The notes below the pieces were generated by a model, which saw nothing but the letters and a program-made list of their open reading frames with translations, searched no databases and was not told the origin of the DNA. Position numbers and translations under genes: made by a program. From Marinicella sp. (GTDB lineage: Bacteria > Pseudomonadota > Gammaproteobacteria > Xanthomonadales > Marinicellaceae), in contig OZ246001.1 of the NCBI GenBank assembly GCA_965230295.1, positions 1,472,001 through 1,536,000 on the forward strand: 64,000 nt of DNA, in the 5' to 3' direction. Shown one piece after another: positions 9,780 through 19,566 of this stretch (within the stretch, counting starts at the first letter, position 1; every line of letters starts with the position of its first letter).

Positions 9780-11444
9780 TCAACCGTACAATTCTGGTAA
9801 ACCTTGCTGTTGTTTCTGAGCTGTTTCAGCAGGTTTATACAACCCCTGTTTGATCAGTTGCTGCCAGTTGACTTTGAACTCACTGCTGGCGTCTTTGTAC
9901 AGCTGCCGTTGCAGTGAGGTGATGGCATCTTTCATGTCACCAGCTGCCAATTGTTGGCTGATTTGGCCTAAATTCGTGGTGTTTTGTAGGTGCTCCTGAT
10001 TCCACCAAGCGATCAATGTCGCTTGAACTTGAGCAGGTTCGGCATGGTCCAAATGTCGTAAAGACACCGTGTTGACTGGTTTGCTGGGTTGTGCTGTTGT
10101 GGTGACGGTTCCTCTGGGTTTAAACCACATCCACAAACCGGTCAGCAGCCACAAGGCTGCAAACGTAAATGTCATTGATTTCCAAAGCACCAGCGATTCA
10201 GAACCTTCAGCCCCCCATTCTAAATCAGTGGGCACCTCAGTGGCTTTGATTGTGGGAGGGTTAAAATCAATGGCTTGGGGAGCCTGCGTGGTACTGGAAT
10301 CAGCTGCTGTAACTGCCAATGTGCTGGCTGGAATGCGAGCCACTTTGGCCGATTGACTGGCCGTGTCAAACCACTCCAAAGAAAATTCCGGTATTTCAAG
10401 AGATCCTTGATCTGTTGGGATGATGGCATACTTGATGATTTTAGATGAAATCAACTGTTGGCCATCCTGGCGGGTGATGGTGTCGGTTTTGTCCTGGTAA
10501 ATTTTTGCACCTTCAATGTCAGGTATTTGTAAATCGGGTAGTTGTGTTTCTGACAGCCCTGCCACTGTCATGTTGATGGTGCGCGTGATCGGCTCACCAA
10601 CCTGATACGGTTTATTTTGTGACCAGCTTTGTTGCAAAGTGACCTGTTTGGCTGGAATCCAATCTTTGTTGAGAAATGCTTGCGGGATTTGTTTGATCTC
10701 CAACTCGAGCATTTCAGAAATTTGTCGCACTGGCCGACCCCGTTGAAACAAGCCAAAGGATTGTCTGCTGTTGTCAGTGACTTCACCTTCAAACACCAAT
10801 GGTGCCAAAGTTAACGGGCCACTGTTTTCAGCAAAAATGGCATACTTCCGCTCCAACACCTGGTAAGTCTTGCCATCACGTTGGGTGGTGTAATTGGCGC
10901 CTTTGTTGATTTGTTGAACGATCAAGCCGTCGCCATTGGGCTCAGTTAAGGCACCATTTTTAAGGTTGATGGCATACAACAATCGCACTGTTAATAAAAT
11001 TTCTTCTTGCACAAAAGCACTGTTCTTACTGGTCTCAAGCTCGATGAAAATATCACCTTTGGCTTGGGCATTGGGGTCAGGCTTATTCACCTCAATCCGG
11101 ATGGTCTTGGTACGCTCGCCCTCGATTTCCAGGGGTGGTATGAGGTGAGACCCCAGGGTTTTCGGTACCAACAACACCTGCCAAGTGGTTTGAGTTTTGA
11201 CTTCACCGTTGGTGATTTGGGTGGAAGACGATTTACCGGTTTGGCCCACATGAAAAACCGCATCGAGCAGGGTAAAGTCCGGTTGGCTGTTGGTGTTTTT
11301 ATCAGCGGTAATGGTCAAGGTTAACGACTCACCAAAGTAGATGGATTGTCGGTCAACAGTCGCTTTGATCTCTGCAGAAACCAGGGTGGATCCCAGCAAC
11401 AATAACAGCATTGAAAAGATTGTGAAGCGCATAATTTGGGACAT
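9780..11444 (-). CDS. BatD family protein
   Basis: Signal peptide, ATVDR/VGEPITRT Ig-like repeats, C-terminal TM; last gene of the MoxR-Bat operon. Confidence 0.85.
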   Translation of the reverse strand: MSQIMRFTIFSMLLLLLGSTLVSAEIKATVDRQSIYFGESLTLTITADKNTNSQPDFTLLDAVFHVGQTGKSSSTQITNGEVKTQTTWQVLLVPKTLGSHLIPPLEIEGERTKTIRIEVNKPDPNAQAKGDIFIELETSKNSAFVQEEILLTVRLLYAINLKNGALTEPNGDGLIVQQINKGANYTTQRDGKTYQVLERKYAIFAENSGPLTLAPLVFEGEVTDNSRQSFGLFQRGRPVRQISEMLELEIKQIPQAFLNKDWIPAKQVTLQQSWSQNKPYQVGEPITRTINMTVAGLSETQLPDLQIPDIEGAKIYQDKTDTITRQDGQQLISSKIIKYAIIPTDQGSLEIPEFSLEWFDTASQSAKVARIPASTLAVTAADSSTTQAPQAIDFNPPTIKATEVPTDLEWGAEGSESLVLWKSMTFTFAALWLLTGLWMWFKPRGTVTTTAQPSKPVNTVSLRHLDHAEPAQVQATLIAWWNQEHLQNTTNLGQISQQLAAGDMKDAITSLQRQLYKDASSEFKVNWQQLIKQGLYKPAETAQKQQQGLPELYG

Positions 11445-11448
11445 GGTG

Positions 11449-13233
11449 TTACCAATCCTCCGTGGTTTGTTGGTCATAGCTCTCACCGTCTTGGTTGCGT
11501 TTGTGGTATTGATATAAAAATTTTCTGCGCATCAATCCACCTGGATCATCTTTGATTCGTCGCAGCCATTGCTCCATGGCTTGTTTTTCTTCAGCATCCA
11601 ATGCTTTTTCATCCGGTGTTAGCTCTATTTCTTGTTGTTCTTCGGTTTGTTGTTCAGCTTGTTGCTGCTCTTGTTGGTTTTGTTGCTCTTGTTCTTGTTG
11701 TTCTTGCTCTGCTTCAGCTTGTTGGTCCTGTTGGGCTTGCTGCTGTTGTTCTTGTTTTTCCTGTTCAGAGCTTTCCTGATTTTGTTGATTCTGCTGATCT
11801 TGCTGTTGATCCTGGTTGTCTTGTTCAGAATCCTGGTTCTCCTGGTTTTCCTGGTTCTCCTGATTTTGTTGCTGTTGTTGCATCGCTTCTTCTACCACTT
11901 TTTTGTTGTACAAAGTGTCTTCATCAGCCGGGTCATAGGTCAAAGCCTTCTCATAACTTTGTAACGCGCCGGCCAAATCACCCGATTGTGCCAGCGCATT
12001 GCCACGGTTATAATAATCCATCAAATCATCCCCTTGCTCAGGGTATAACTTGGTGGCGGTTTTGAAGTCCTGCTTTTTATAGGCGGCTGCCGCTTTGATA
12101 TCCAGGTTTTCAGCTTGGTTGTATGCCTGCTCAGGCGCGTTTTCCAATTGGCGATAGGCTTGCTGGTCCGGATTCAGCCACAAATCATCCCAAGACACCG
12201 CCAATGAATTTTCACTGTTCAACAACAACCCGACACACAACGCCATTAAAATGCCCCGGCGATACAACAATGCCAGCATCGGCACAATCAGCAAGGCCAA
12301 TAAAGGGCCGTCGTCAATAAAATTATCACCCCCCATTTCATCCTCTGCTTGATTATCATCATCTGGATTGACTTCATAAAGCAGCTCTTCTGTGGTGTCA
12401 TTGGACAGCACATTGAAACGTCCATTGCCAATTTTTGCTGCTGCTTGGAGGCTGACGTAATCCACTTGTGGAATCACTATTTGTCCCCTCAAGTCTTTGA
12501 GGAAACCTTGGTTGGTCGGGATCGGCGCACCCTCGGCCGTCCCGACTGCCAAGACATGGATGGTGGTTCCCTGTTCACTGACACTGGTCAAGCGATCCTC
12601 AGTCTTGTACATATCAATACTGTCTGTAACCAACAATATTTGTCCTCTACTGACACCCGCTTGTGACAACAATTCTGCAGATTTTTCTAAAGCGGCTGTG
12701 GTGTTGGTCCCCGAACTCGGCATGATACTTGGGTTGAGTACATCCAACAATGAAACAATGGTGTCCGTGTCATCCGTGAGGGGTGTGACCACAAAAGCAT
12801 CTCCAGAATAAACCACCAAGGCCGTTTGACCGTCTTTGCGGTTGTCTAACAAGTCTTGAATGGTGAATTTCGCCCTTTGTAATCGTGAGGGCTTCAGGTC
12901 ATCTGACAGCATGCTTTTGGAAACGTCCAATGCCACGATCAAAGCCGACTGGTTTTTCACCATCGGAACCGGCATTTGACGCACGGCAGGTCCGGCCAAT
13001 GCCACAATGGTGATCAAAGTGATGGGCCAGTACAACCAAGTCCATCGGGTTGCTTTAGCGGCTGACTGGATTTGCATGGCTTGTAACAACTCGGGTTCAC
13101 AGCTTTGTTGCCATCCATCCTGACGACTGGTGTTATTCAACCACATATACAACAACACTGACGCAGGTATCAACAACCACAACACATGAGGTCTGATGAA
13201 ATGAAAAGCACTCCAAACCACATCCACCATCAT
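11449..13233 (-). CDS. VWA + TPR protein (BatB/BatC-like) with Gln-rich linker
   Basis: DVSKSM MIDAS, PLTDD, YNRGNALA TPR, WLRRIKDDPGGLMRRKF C-terminus. ATGA overlap with the upstream gene. Confidence 0.88.
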   Translation of the reverse strand: MMVDVVWSAFHFIRPHVLWLLIPASVLLYMWLNNTSRQDGWQQSCEPELLQAMQIQSAAKATRWTWLYWPITLITIVALAGPAVRQMPVPMVKNQSALIVALDVSKSMLSDDLKPSRLQRAKFTIQDLLDNRKDGQTALVVYSGDAFVVTPLTDDTDTIVSLLDVLNPSIMPSSGTNTTAALEKSAELLSQAGVSRGQILLVTDSIDMYKTEDRLTSVSEQGTTIHVLAVGTAEGAPIPTNQGFLKDLRGQIVIPQVDYVSLQAAAKIGNGRFNVLSNDTTEELLYEVNPDDDNQAEDEMGGDNFIDDGPLLALLIVPMLALLYRRGILMALCVGLLLNSENSLAVSWDDLWLNPDQQAYRQLENAPEQAYNQAENLDIKAAAAYKKQDFKTATKLYPEQGDDLMDYYNRGNALAQSGDLAGALQSYEKALTYDPADEDTLYNKKVVEEAMQQQQQNQENQENQENQDSEQDNQDQQQDQQNQQNQESSEQEKQEQQQQAQQDQQAEAEQEQQEQEQQNQQEQQQAEQQTEEQQEIELTPDEKALDAEEKQAMEQWLRRIKDDPGGLMRRKFLYQYHKRNQDGESYDQQTTEDW

Positions 13234-14198
13234 TGCAGCCGCCTCATCAGTAAAGTAAACAACAAGGCCACCAAAACACCCAACAAAGGCCAAAAATACA
13301 GTTCTTTGGTGGGACGATAAAACTGCTCTTCTTCAGCCAAGGGCTCTAATTCATCGAGTATGGCATAAATCTCTTCTAATTCATGGGTGTCTCTGGCTCG
13401 GAAGTATTTGCCTTCGGTGATGGCCGCAATGCGTCGCAATGAGGCTTCATCCAGATCTGAAGAAGGGTTGATGCGTCTTTGACCACCAAAAAAGCTGTTG
13501 ACCACCATTTCATCAGCACCTACACCGATGGTATAAATTTTCAAGTCCTCGGCCCTTGCCAATTCTGCTGCCTTCAGTGGTTCAATGGCCCCTGCGGTGT
13601 TTTGACCATCAGTCAGTACAATCAAAATGCGATTACTTTCTTGGGTTTCTCGGGCTTTTTTAACGGCCAGACCAATGGAATCTCCAATGGCTGTTGATTT
13701 ACCAGCCAAACCAATGGCCGCTTCATACAGCAATGTTTTCACTGTTTCGCGATCGAAGGTCAACGGTGCTTGCAAGTACGCATTCTCACCAAACAAAATC
13801 AAACCAATGCGATCTCCCACCCGTCTATCCATGAATTCTCCAGCCACTTTTTTCACGGCTGTTAAACGATCTACGGCTTGGCCATTGATCTGCATGTCCT
13901 TCTGTTCCATACTGCCGGAAATATCAATGGCGAGCATCAAATCTCGCCCTTCAATCGGCAAGGCCACTGGCTCACCAATCCACTGTGGTCGACTCACAGC
14001 CAACAATAACAACAACCAGGGCAACCAGTTAAACCAACTGGCACGTTGATGGTTCGATCCTTTTTTACCACCAAACAAATCATTCAAGAATGGCGCTTCA
14101 ATGGTGGTGATGCTCGCTTGTTTTACCCTGGGCAACCATTTAATTAAAAACGGTAAAGGCAACAATACAAATATCCACGGCCAATACAAACTGTACAT
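13230..14198 (-). CDS. VWA domain protein (BatA-like)
   Basis: RPQW, DISGSM, TAIGD, LTDG, IYTIGVG. Confidence 0.9.
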   Translation of the reverse strand: MYSLYWPWIFVLLPLPFLIKWLPRVKQASITTIEAPFLNDLFGGKKGSNHQRASWFNWLPWLLLLLAVSRPQWIGEPVALPIEGRDLMLAIDISGSMEQKDMQINGQAVDRLTAVKKVAGEFMDRRVGDRIGLILFGENAYLQAPLTFDRETVKTLLYEAAIGLAGKSTAIGDSIGLAVKKARETQESNRILIVLTDGQNTAGAIEPLKAAELARAEDLKIYTIGVGADEMVVNSFFGGQRRINPSSDLDEASLRRIAAITEGKYFRARDTHELEEIYAILDELEPLAEEEQFYRPTKELYFWPLLGVLVALLFTLLMRRLQ

Positions 14199-14704
14199 CA
14201 GGCCACCTCCAAGGCAGCTATTTTGGTTGGCCGCATCACTTGTTTTTTGATGAAATCGCGGGTCACTTGAAGCAACTGATGAGGGTCGTATTCACAATCT
14301 GACTCAAACACACCATGTGTCAAAGCCGATTCAAATTTGGCGAATGTCCCAGGTTGGTATTGGTCTAAATGTGTAATCCAGGCCTCTCCAGCCAAAGAAC
14401 TGGCCGCATTTTGATTGAGTTGAAACTTAACAAACCGACGCAGGAACATTGATATTTCAGTCAATAATTCTTGCTTGTTATTGGATTGTTGAAAACCGAA
14501 CTCAAGGGTAGATAGCTGTTGGTCAATTTGCTGCCATCGGCGTTTCTTTCGGTTGTATTGATAGCCTTTAATCACTGCCCAAATGATCAAAAGCAACAGC
14601 ACCACAATCACCACCCACCAGCCTGGTGCCAATGGCCAAAACCCTGGTTCCACAGGTAATTTGATGTCTCGCAGTGGCAAAGTCTGAACCGGCGGTGCTT
14701 GCAT
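14198..14704 (-). CDS. DUF4381 family protein
   Basis: LRDIKLP...WPLAPGWW motif in MoxR operon position. Confidence 0.85.
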   Translation of the reverse strand: MQAPPVQTLPLRDIKLPVEPGFWPLAPGWWVVIVVLLLLIIWAVIKGYQYNRKKRRWQQIDQQLSTLEFGFQQSNNKQELLTEISMFLRRFVKFQLNQNAASSLAGEAWITHLDQYQPGTFAKFESALTHGVFESDCEYDPHQLLQVTRDFIKKQVMRPTKIAALEVA

Positions 14705-15672
14705 CAGACAACACCTCCTAACCAGTGGCTGAATGCCAATGCAGGGTTACTCAAACCATTTTTCAAGGTATTGACCCAGGGATCGTTGGTCTGGATCGGA
14801 ATCAATGGTACCCCGGCTTTGATGATGTTGTCTTTTAAGGACTGGATGTGATTCAGTTGTTTGTTTTTTAGTTTTTGTTGCGTGCGGTTTTGTTTGGTGT
14901 CAAGCACCCTTGGACGTTGGGAGGTTTGTACGCCATACAAAGCCGGAAGTGGCATTTGGTTTTCAAAGGGGTCACTGATTTTTACGCCCAGTACATCATT
15001 GTGTTTTCTCAGTTGTAATAAATGCCTTTTTGCATCCACACCCAAAGCATAAAAATCACTGATCACTATGACCAAACTTCCCGGTCGAATGATGGTTCTT
15101 AATTGCTTCAGCGCCTGATCCAAATCATGTTGTTCATGGGGGGCTTGTTGGTTGGTATGGTCCGGATCAAAAGCTTTGATCAAATGTGACATCATGCCCA
15201 TCATGCCACGTTTGCCTGCTGTGGCTTTGACGATGTGTACGCCATTGATGCCATACGTAAGGACCCCAATGCGATCACCTTGTTGAACCGAAGACCACCC
15301 CAACAAAGCGGCCACTTTACTGGCCAAAACGGATTTAAATTGTGTTTTGGTACCAAAATGTAAGCTGTTGTTGGTGTCTACCACCAGATAAATTGGCCTT
15401 TCTCTTTCTTCCTGGAACAATTTGGTGTGGGCATCGCCGGTCCGAGCTGTTACACGCCAATCCATATTGCGGATGTCATCCCCTGCCTGGTAAATTCGTG
15501 ACTCCTGATAATCCATGCCTCGACCACGAAACCTTGAATCATGGAGTCCAGATATGGCTGAGGTGGCTTTTTTGATGCTGGTTAGATTAAATTGCCTGGC
15601 ATGGTGGCGGGTTTCCACCATGGTTTTGGCTGTTACCTGTGTTTTGGGATTCTGAGTTACCGAAGCAGTCAT
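14704..15672 (-). CDS. DUF58 family protein
   Basis: RGRGMDY, YQAGDDIRNMDWRVTAR, EERER, ISDF. Confidence 0.9.
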   Translation of the reverse strand: MTASVTQNPKTQVTAKTMVETRHHARQFNLTSIKKATSAISGLHDSRFRGRGMDYQESRIYQAGDDIRNMDWRVTARTGDAHTKLFQEERERPIYLVVDTNNSLHFGTKTQFKSVLASKVAALLGWSSVQQGDRIGVLTYGINGVHIVKATAGKRGMMGMMSHLIKAFDPDHTNQQAPHEQHDLDQALKQLRTIIRPGSLVIVISDFYALGVDAKRHLLQLRKHNDVLGVKISDPFENQMPLPALYGVQTSQRPRVLDTKQNRTQQKLKNKQLNHIQSLKDNIIKAGVPLIPIQTNDPWVNTLKNGLSNPALAFSHWLGGVV

Positions 15673-15686
15673 GTGGAGTTAGACCC

Positions 15687-16670
15687 TTAAGGCAGTGGAA
15701 CAATTCCCAGCAATTGATCGATCACTTGATCTACGGTAAGGCCTTCTGCTTCTGCTTCAAATGACAGTATGATGCGGTGACGCAAAACATCATGAATCAC
15801 TGCATGGATGTCTTCTGGTAACAAGTGATCACGGCCAGACAAAAAGGCATGAGCCCTGGCACAACGGTCTAAAGCAATGGTGGCTCGTGGAGAACCGCCA
15901 AATTCAATCTGGCTGTCAAGGTTGGCATCATATTTTCCAGGGTTGCGGGTGGCCAAAATCAATTCGACCATGTATTTTTCCAGGTTTTCTGCCACAAACA
16001 AATTGAGAATGTGTTGTTGGGCTGTGAATATCTGCTCTTGCGTCAACAACACTTCTGGTACCGGTTGCTGGTCGAATTCAGCCAAGTCTTTCTTTTGTGC
16101 CAATTTAAGAATGTCCAATTCAGTTTCTGCTTCCGGGTAGCCGATGGTCACATGCATCAAAAATCGATCCAGCTGCGCTTCAGGTAAAGGGTAGGTACCT
16201 TCTTGCTCTATCGGATTTTGGGTGGCCATCACCAAAAACAACTTTGGCAGATCATAAGTGGTTTTACCCACCGTGATCTGTTGTTCGCCCATCGCCTCTA
16301 ACAAGGCCGATTGCACTTTGGCAGGCGCTCTGTTCACTTCATCAGCCAACACCAAGTTATGAAACAAGGGGCCTTTTTGAAACTCAAATGAGGCAGATTC
16401 AGCATGGTATACATCGGTACCAGTCAAATCTGCAGGCAATAAATCCGGGGTGAATTGAATGCGGTGAAAGTCCCCTTCAATGCATTCAGACAACACTTTA
16501 ATGGCAGTGGTTTTTGCCAAGCCAGGTGCGCCTTCCACCAACAAATGTCCATGTGATAACAGTGACATCAACAAACGGTCGACCAACTTTTGTTGACCCA
16601 ATATTTGGGTGCCAATGGCTTCTCTGATTTTTTGAAATGCGGCTGTTAATTCAATTGTGTTTTGTTCCAT
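15687..16670 (-). CDS. moxR: MoxR family AAA+ ATPase
   Basis: EGAPGLAKT, RIQFTPDLLPAD, DEVNRAPAKVQSALLE, ATQNPIEQEGTYPLPEAQLDRF. Confidence 0.93.
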   Translation of the reverse strand: MEQNTIELTAAFQKIREAIGTQILGQQKLVDRLLMSLLSHGHLLVEGAPGLAKTTAIKVLSECIEGDFHRIQFTPDLLPADLTGTDVYHAESASFEFQKGPLFHNLVLADEVNRAPAKVQSALLEAMGEQQITVGKTTYDLPKLFLVMATQNPIEQEGTYPLPEAQLDRFLMHVTIGYPEAETELDILKLAQKKDLAEFDQQPVPEVLLTQEQIFTAQQHILNLFVAENLEKYMVELILATRNPGKYDANLDSQIEFGGSPRATIALDRCARAHAFLSGRDHLLPEDIHAVIHDVLRHRIILSFEAEAEGLTVDQVIDQLLGIVPLP

Positions 16671-16814
16671 ATATAACCTGTGTTTATTGTACTCAATACC
16701 TGGCAAAATTGACTGGGCGTATATTTAATTCCAATTTCAACATTTTCAAGGTTTTGCTAAAGAATCGGTGATTATACAAGATCCCCTTGTGATTGAATGT
16801 GTCAAAAGTAAGCT

Positions 16815-17181
16815 TCAAACGGTTGCGGTTTTCTCTCCTGGGAAAGAAGCGAACATTTGATTCATTCCCATGACTGCGGTTGCCAATCAAAAGCGGCAGA
16901 GCAGGCTCATTAAAACCCATCAAATGGTTGCGGTTTTCTCTCCTGAGAAAGAAGCGAACATTTGATTCATTCCCATGACTGCGGTTGCCAATCAAAAGCG
17001 GCAGAGCAGGCTCATTAAAACCCATCAAATGGTTGCGGTTTTCTCTCCTGAGAAAGAAGCGAACATTTGATTCATTCCCATGACTGCGGTTGCCAATCAA
17101 AAGTGGCAGAGCAGACTCATTAAAACCCATCAAATGGTTGCGGTTTTCTCTCCTGAGAAAGAAGCGAACATTTGATTCATT
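16815..17181. repeat. Tandem repeat, 105-bp period, about 3.5 near-identical copies, made of two alternating hairpins
   Basis: GGTTGCGGTTTTCTCTCCTG starts at 16821, 16926, 17031 and 17136, with only a few substitutions between copies. Confidence 0.97.
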
Positions 17182-17245
17182 AGCATGGTAAAATTTGCCC
17201 TTTGTACCACAGACAGCTCAGACCTCCAAAAGGTCGCAAAAAAAT

Positions 17246-17803
17246 ATGTACAGTTTGACCAGCGAACCCTTTAAATTAGACCGCGATGTAGAAGCCATTG
17301 CCGTACCCACTGGCGAAACCATAGAATTACCCGCCGGCGTGGTTGGATACATCACCCAGGCCCTTGGCGGCAGCTTCACCATCTTTGTGGATGGCAGCAT
17401 GTTCATGATTCTTGGTCACAATGCTGATGCCCTCGGTCGTGAACCATTGGCACCACCCGTTTTACCTGAAAATGCAACCCAACAGGATGTAGAGAATGCA
17501 GTTTGGGACCAACTCAGAACGGTGTATGATCCAGAAATCCCAGTCAGTATTGTTGAACTTGGTTTGGTTTATGAATGTGAAGTGAAACCCAATGCTGACA
17601 GTCAGCTGGGGTATGATGTCAGCATTGACATGACCTTAACCGCACCTGGTTGTGGAATGGGCGACGTATTGGTCTCTGATGCTGCGGCTAAAATCAAACT
17701 GATTCCTGAAGTCAATTCGGTCGATTGTCAAATCGTGTTTGACCCACCTTGGGATCAATCCATGATGTCAGAAGAAGCCAAGCTAGAAACTGGCATGCTC
17801 TGA
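17246..17803 (+). CDS. sufT: Putative Fe-S cluster assembly protein SufT (DUF59/PaaD-like)
   Basis: ITQALGGSFT, YDPEIPVSIVELGLVY, MTLTAPGCGMG, FDPPW. Confidence 0.88.
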   Translation: MYSLTSEPFKLDRDVEAIAVPTGETIELPAGVVGYITQALGGSFTIFVDGSMFMILGHNADALGREPLAPPVLPENATQQDVENAVWDQLRTVYDPEIPVSIVELGLVYECEVKPNADSQLGYDVSIDMTLTAPGCGMGDVLVSDAAAKIKLIPEVNSVDCQIVFDPPWDQSMMSEEAKLETGML

Positions 17804-17826
17804 AAGCAGAAGGTTCCATTTGTACC

Positions 17827-18645
17827 ATGACCCAAATACCCGTATTGACCTACCATGCCAACAACATCAATGGCAACGAATATCAAAACAATGACCACAT
17901 TGCGCTGATTGAAGACTTAAAACTGATCCACCAGTTAGGTTTTGATGTCATCAGCATCGACCAGTTAATGGCATGGCATGGTGGACAAGTGACCGATGAT
18001 CAGATCAAGAAAACCGTCGTTCTGACTTGTGATGATGGCACCTGGTTTGATTTTCATGATGTCGAACACTCCAGTTTTGGTCAACAGATCAGTTTTTTTA
18101 ACATCCTCAAAAACCACCAACAACAGACCGGCAGTCCTGTTCACATGAGTAACTTTGTGATTGTGTCACCCGAAGCACGTCATGTTTTGGATCAAACATG
18201 TTTGGTTGGCAAAAACTGGTGGCAAGATGATTGGTGGCTGACAGCCCAAAGGTCTGAGATCATGAACATTGAGAACCACAGCTGGGACCACAACCATGGG
18301 GTTTTTGACAACGACAACATCGACGATGACACTTTTGTCGGCATCAAAGATCTGGAAGGTTGTGACCGGCAGATCAAACAGGCACAACGGGTCTTGAAGC
18401 AAATACTCGAAGATGAATACCAACCACAGTACTTTGCGTACCCCTATGGTGATTACAGTGAATATTTGCGCTTTGAATATTTACCCCAATTTGGTCACCA
18501 GTTGCACTTAAAAGCTGCTTTCACCACTGAGCCCAAACACGTCACTAAAATGTCTGATCAATGGGCCTTGCCCAGGTACATTTGTAACAACGACTGGTGC
18601 AGCACCGATGACTTAAAAAACATATTGCTTTCAACCCCGAGCTAA
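17827..18645 (+). CDS. Polysaccharide deacetylase family protein (CE4-like)
   Basis: PVLTYH, LTCDDG, ENHSWDH, FAYPYG, LPRY. Confidence 0.8.
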   Translation: MTQIPVLTYHANNINGNEYQNNDHIALIEDLKLIHQLGFDVISIDQLMAWHGGQVTDDQIKKTVVLTCDDGTWFDFHDVEHSSFGQQISFFNILKNHQQQTGSPVHMSNFVIVSPEARHVLDQTCLVGKNWWQDDWWLTAQRSEIMNIENHSWDHNHGVFDNDNIDDDTFVGIKDLEGCDRQIKQAQRVLKQILEDEYQPQYFAYPYGDYSEYLRFEYLPQFGHQLHLKAAFTTEPKHVTKMSDQWALPRYICNNDWCSTDDLKNILLSTPS

Positions 18646-18759
18646 ACCCCAACTGAATATAAAGCGTGGCAGAATGTGAACTGCCTCATACATTCAACAT
18701 ACCAACATAACTTTCTTTGTCATCATTCGTTAACAGGTCAATTGATACAAGGAGTACAC

Positions 18760-19527
18760 ATGAATATTTCACTGCGCTTAACCGGTCTGATTGGGCTGTT
18801 GCTATTTGGCACTTTGTTCGGTTTCACTTACGGGGTGCCTGAACAAGTTGAACAATCGGCCAAAAGTTTTGTTAAATACCAGATTAATCAGGAAGTCAAA
18901 GCAAAAATTGCCCAAGTCTCTGAAACGAACCTTGGCAAAAGAGCCATATCGTTGGCCGACCGGCTGGGTTTTCAAGAAAGCCAACTAAAAAAAGATTTGG
19001 AAAACAATTTACCTGAAAAAATTGCCAGCATCATGGCCGCCATGTGTGGTTATGATTGTGAGAAGAAGAAACAACTGGCTCAAGACATCAAAGCAAGTTA
19101 TTTAGAACGCATACAGAATTTCCAAGTGGGGCAATTCAACTTAAGCAATGTGGTGAAAGGTAAATATGTAGAGATTGTCAGCAACTTAAAAACCGACTTG
19201 AGAATATTTACCTTCAGCAACGCTTTGATGTTTTTATTGTTGCTGTTGATCTCGTTCTTCAAGCCACAGGCCAACCAGCATTTGTTTGTACCTGGTATGC
19301 TTTTATTTTTAGCAACCTTAAGTGCCACCTGCATTTATGTTTTTGGCCAAGACTGGTTTTACACCATCATTTACAATGATTACATGGGGTATGGTTATTT
19401 GATCTATTTGGGCGTCATTTTTGGCTTTTTAATGGACATCGTATTGAACCAATGCCGAATCACCACCGAAGTGTTTAACTTCATTGTTGATGCCATAGGC
19501 TCAATTGAGGTGATTGAACCCTGTTGA
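18760..19527 (+). CDS. Hypothetical membrane protein
   Basis: AGGAG RBS before ATG 18760; one N-terminal and three C-terminal hydrophobic segments. Confidence 0.7.
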   Translation: MNISLRLTGLIGLLLFGTLFGFTYGVPEQVEQSAKSFVKYQINQEVKAKIAQVSETNLGKRAISLADRLGFQESQLKKDLENNLPEKIASIMAAMCGYDCEKKKQLAQDIKASYLERIQNFQVGQFNLSNVVKGKYVEIVSNLKTDLRIFTFSNALMFLLLLLISFFKPQANQHLFVPGMLLFLATLSATCIYVFGQDWFYTIIYNDYMGYGYLIYLGVIFGFLMDIVLNQCRITTEVFNFIVDAIGSIEVIEPC

Positions 19528-19566
19528 CCCGACAATCATGGAATTTTCTGACGTGAATGTGGCTAA

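Noticed and set aside
11552-12065. Poly-Leu / poly-Cys ORFs on the plus strand
   Set aside because: They are antisense shadows of the Gln-rich linker in the Bat VWA-TPR gene, a common feature of that family.
16693-17133. 146-aa repeat protein ORF
   Set aside because: It is open only because the 105-bp unit is a multiple of 3 with no stop in that frame. There is no clear RBS and the hairpin structure explains the sequence better.
16815-17181. CRISPR array or type III toxin-antitoxin repeat
   Set aside because: The intervening sequences are near-identical rather than unique spacers, the period is 105 bp, and the neighbours are moxR and sufT, with no cas or toxin gene.
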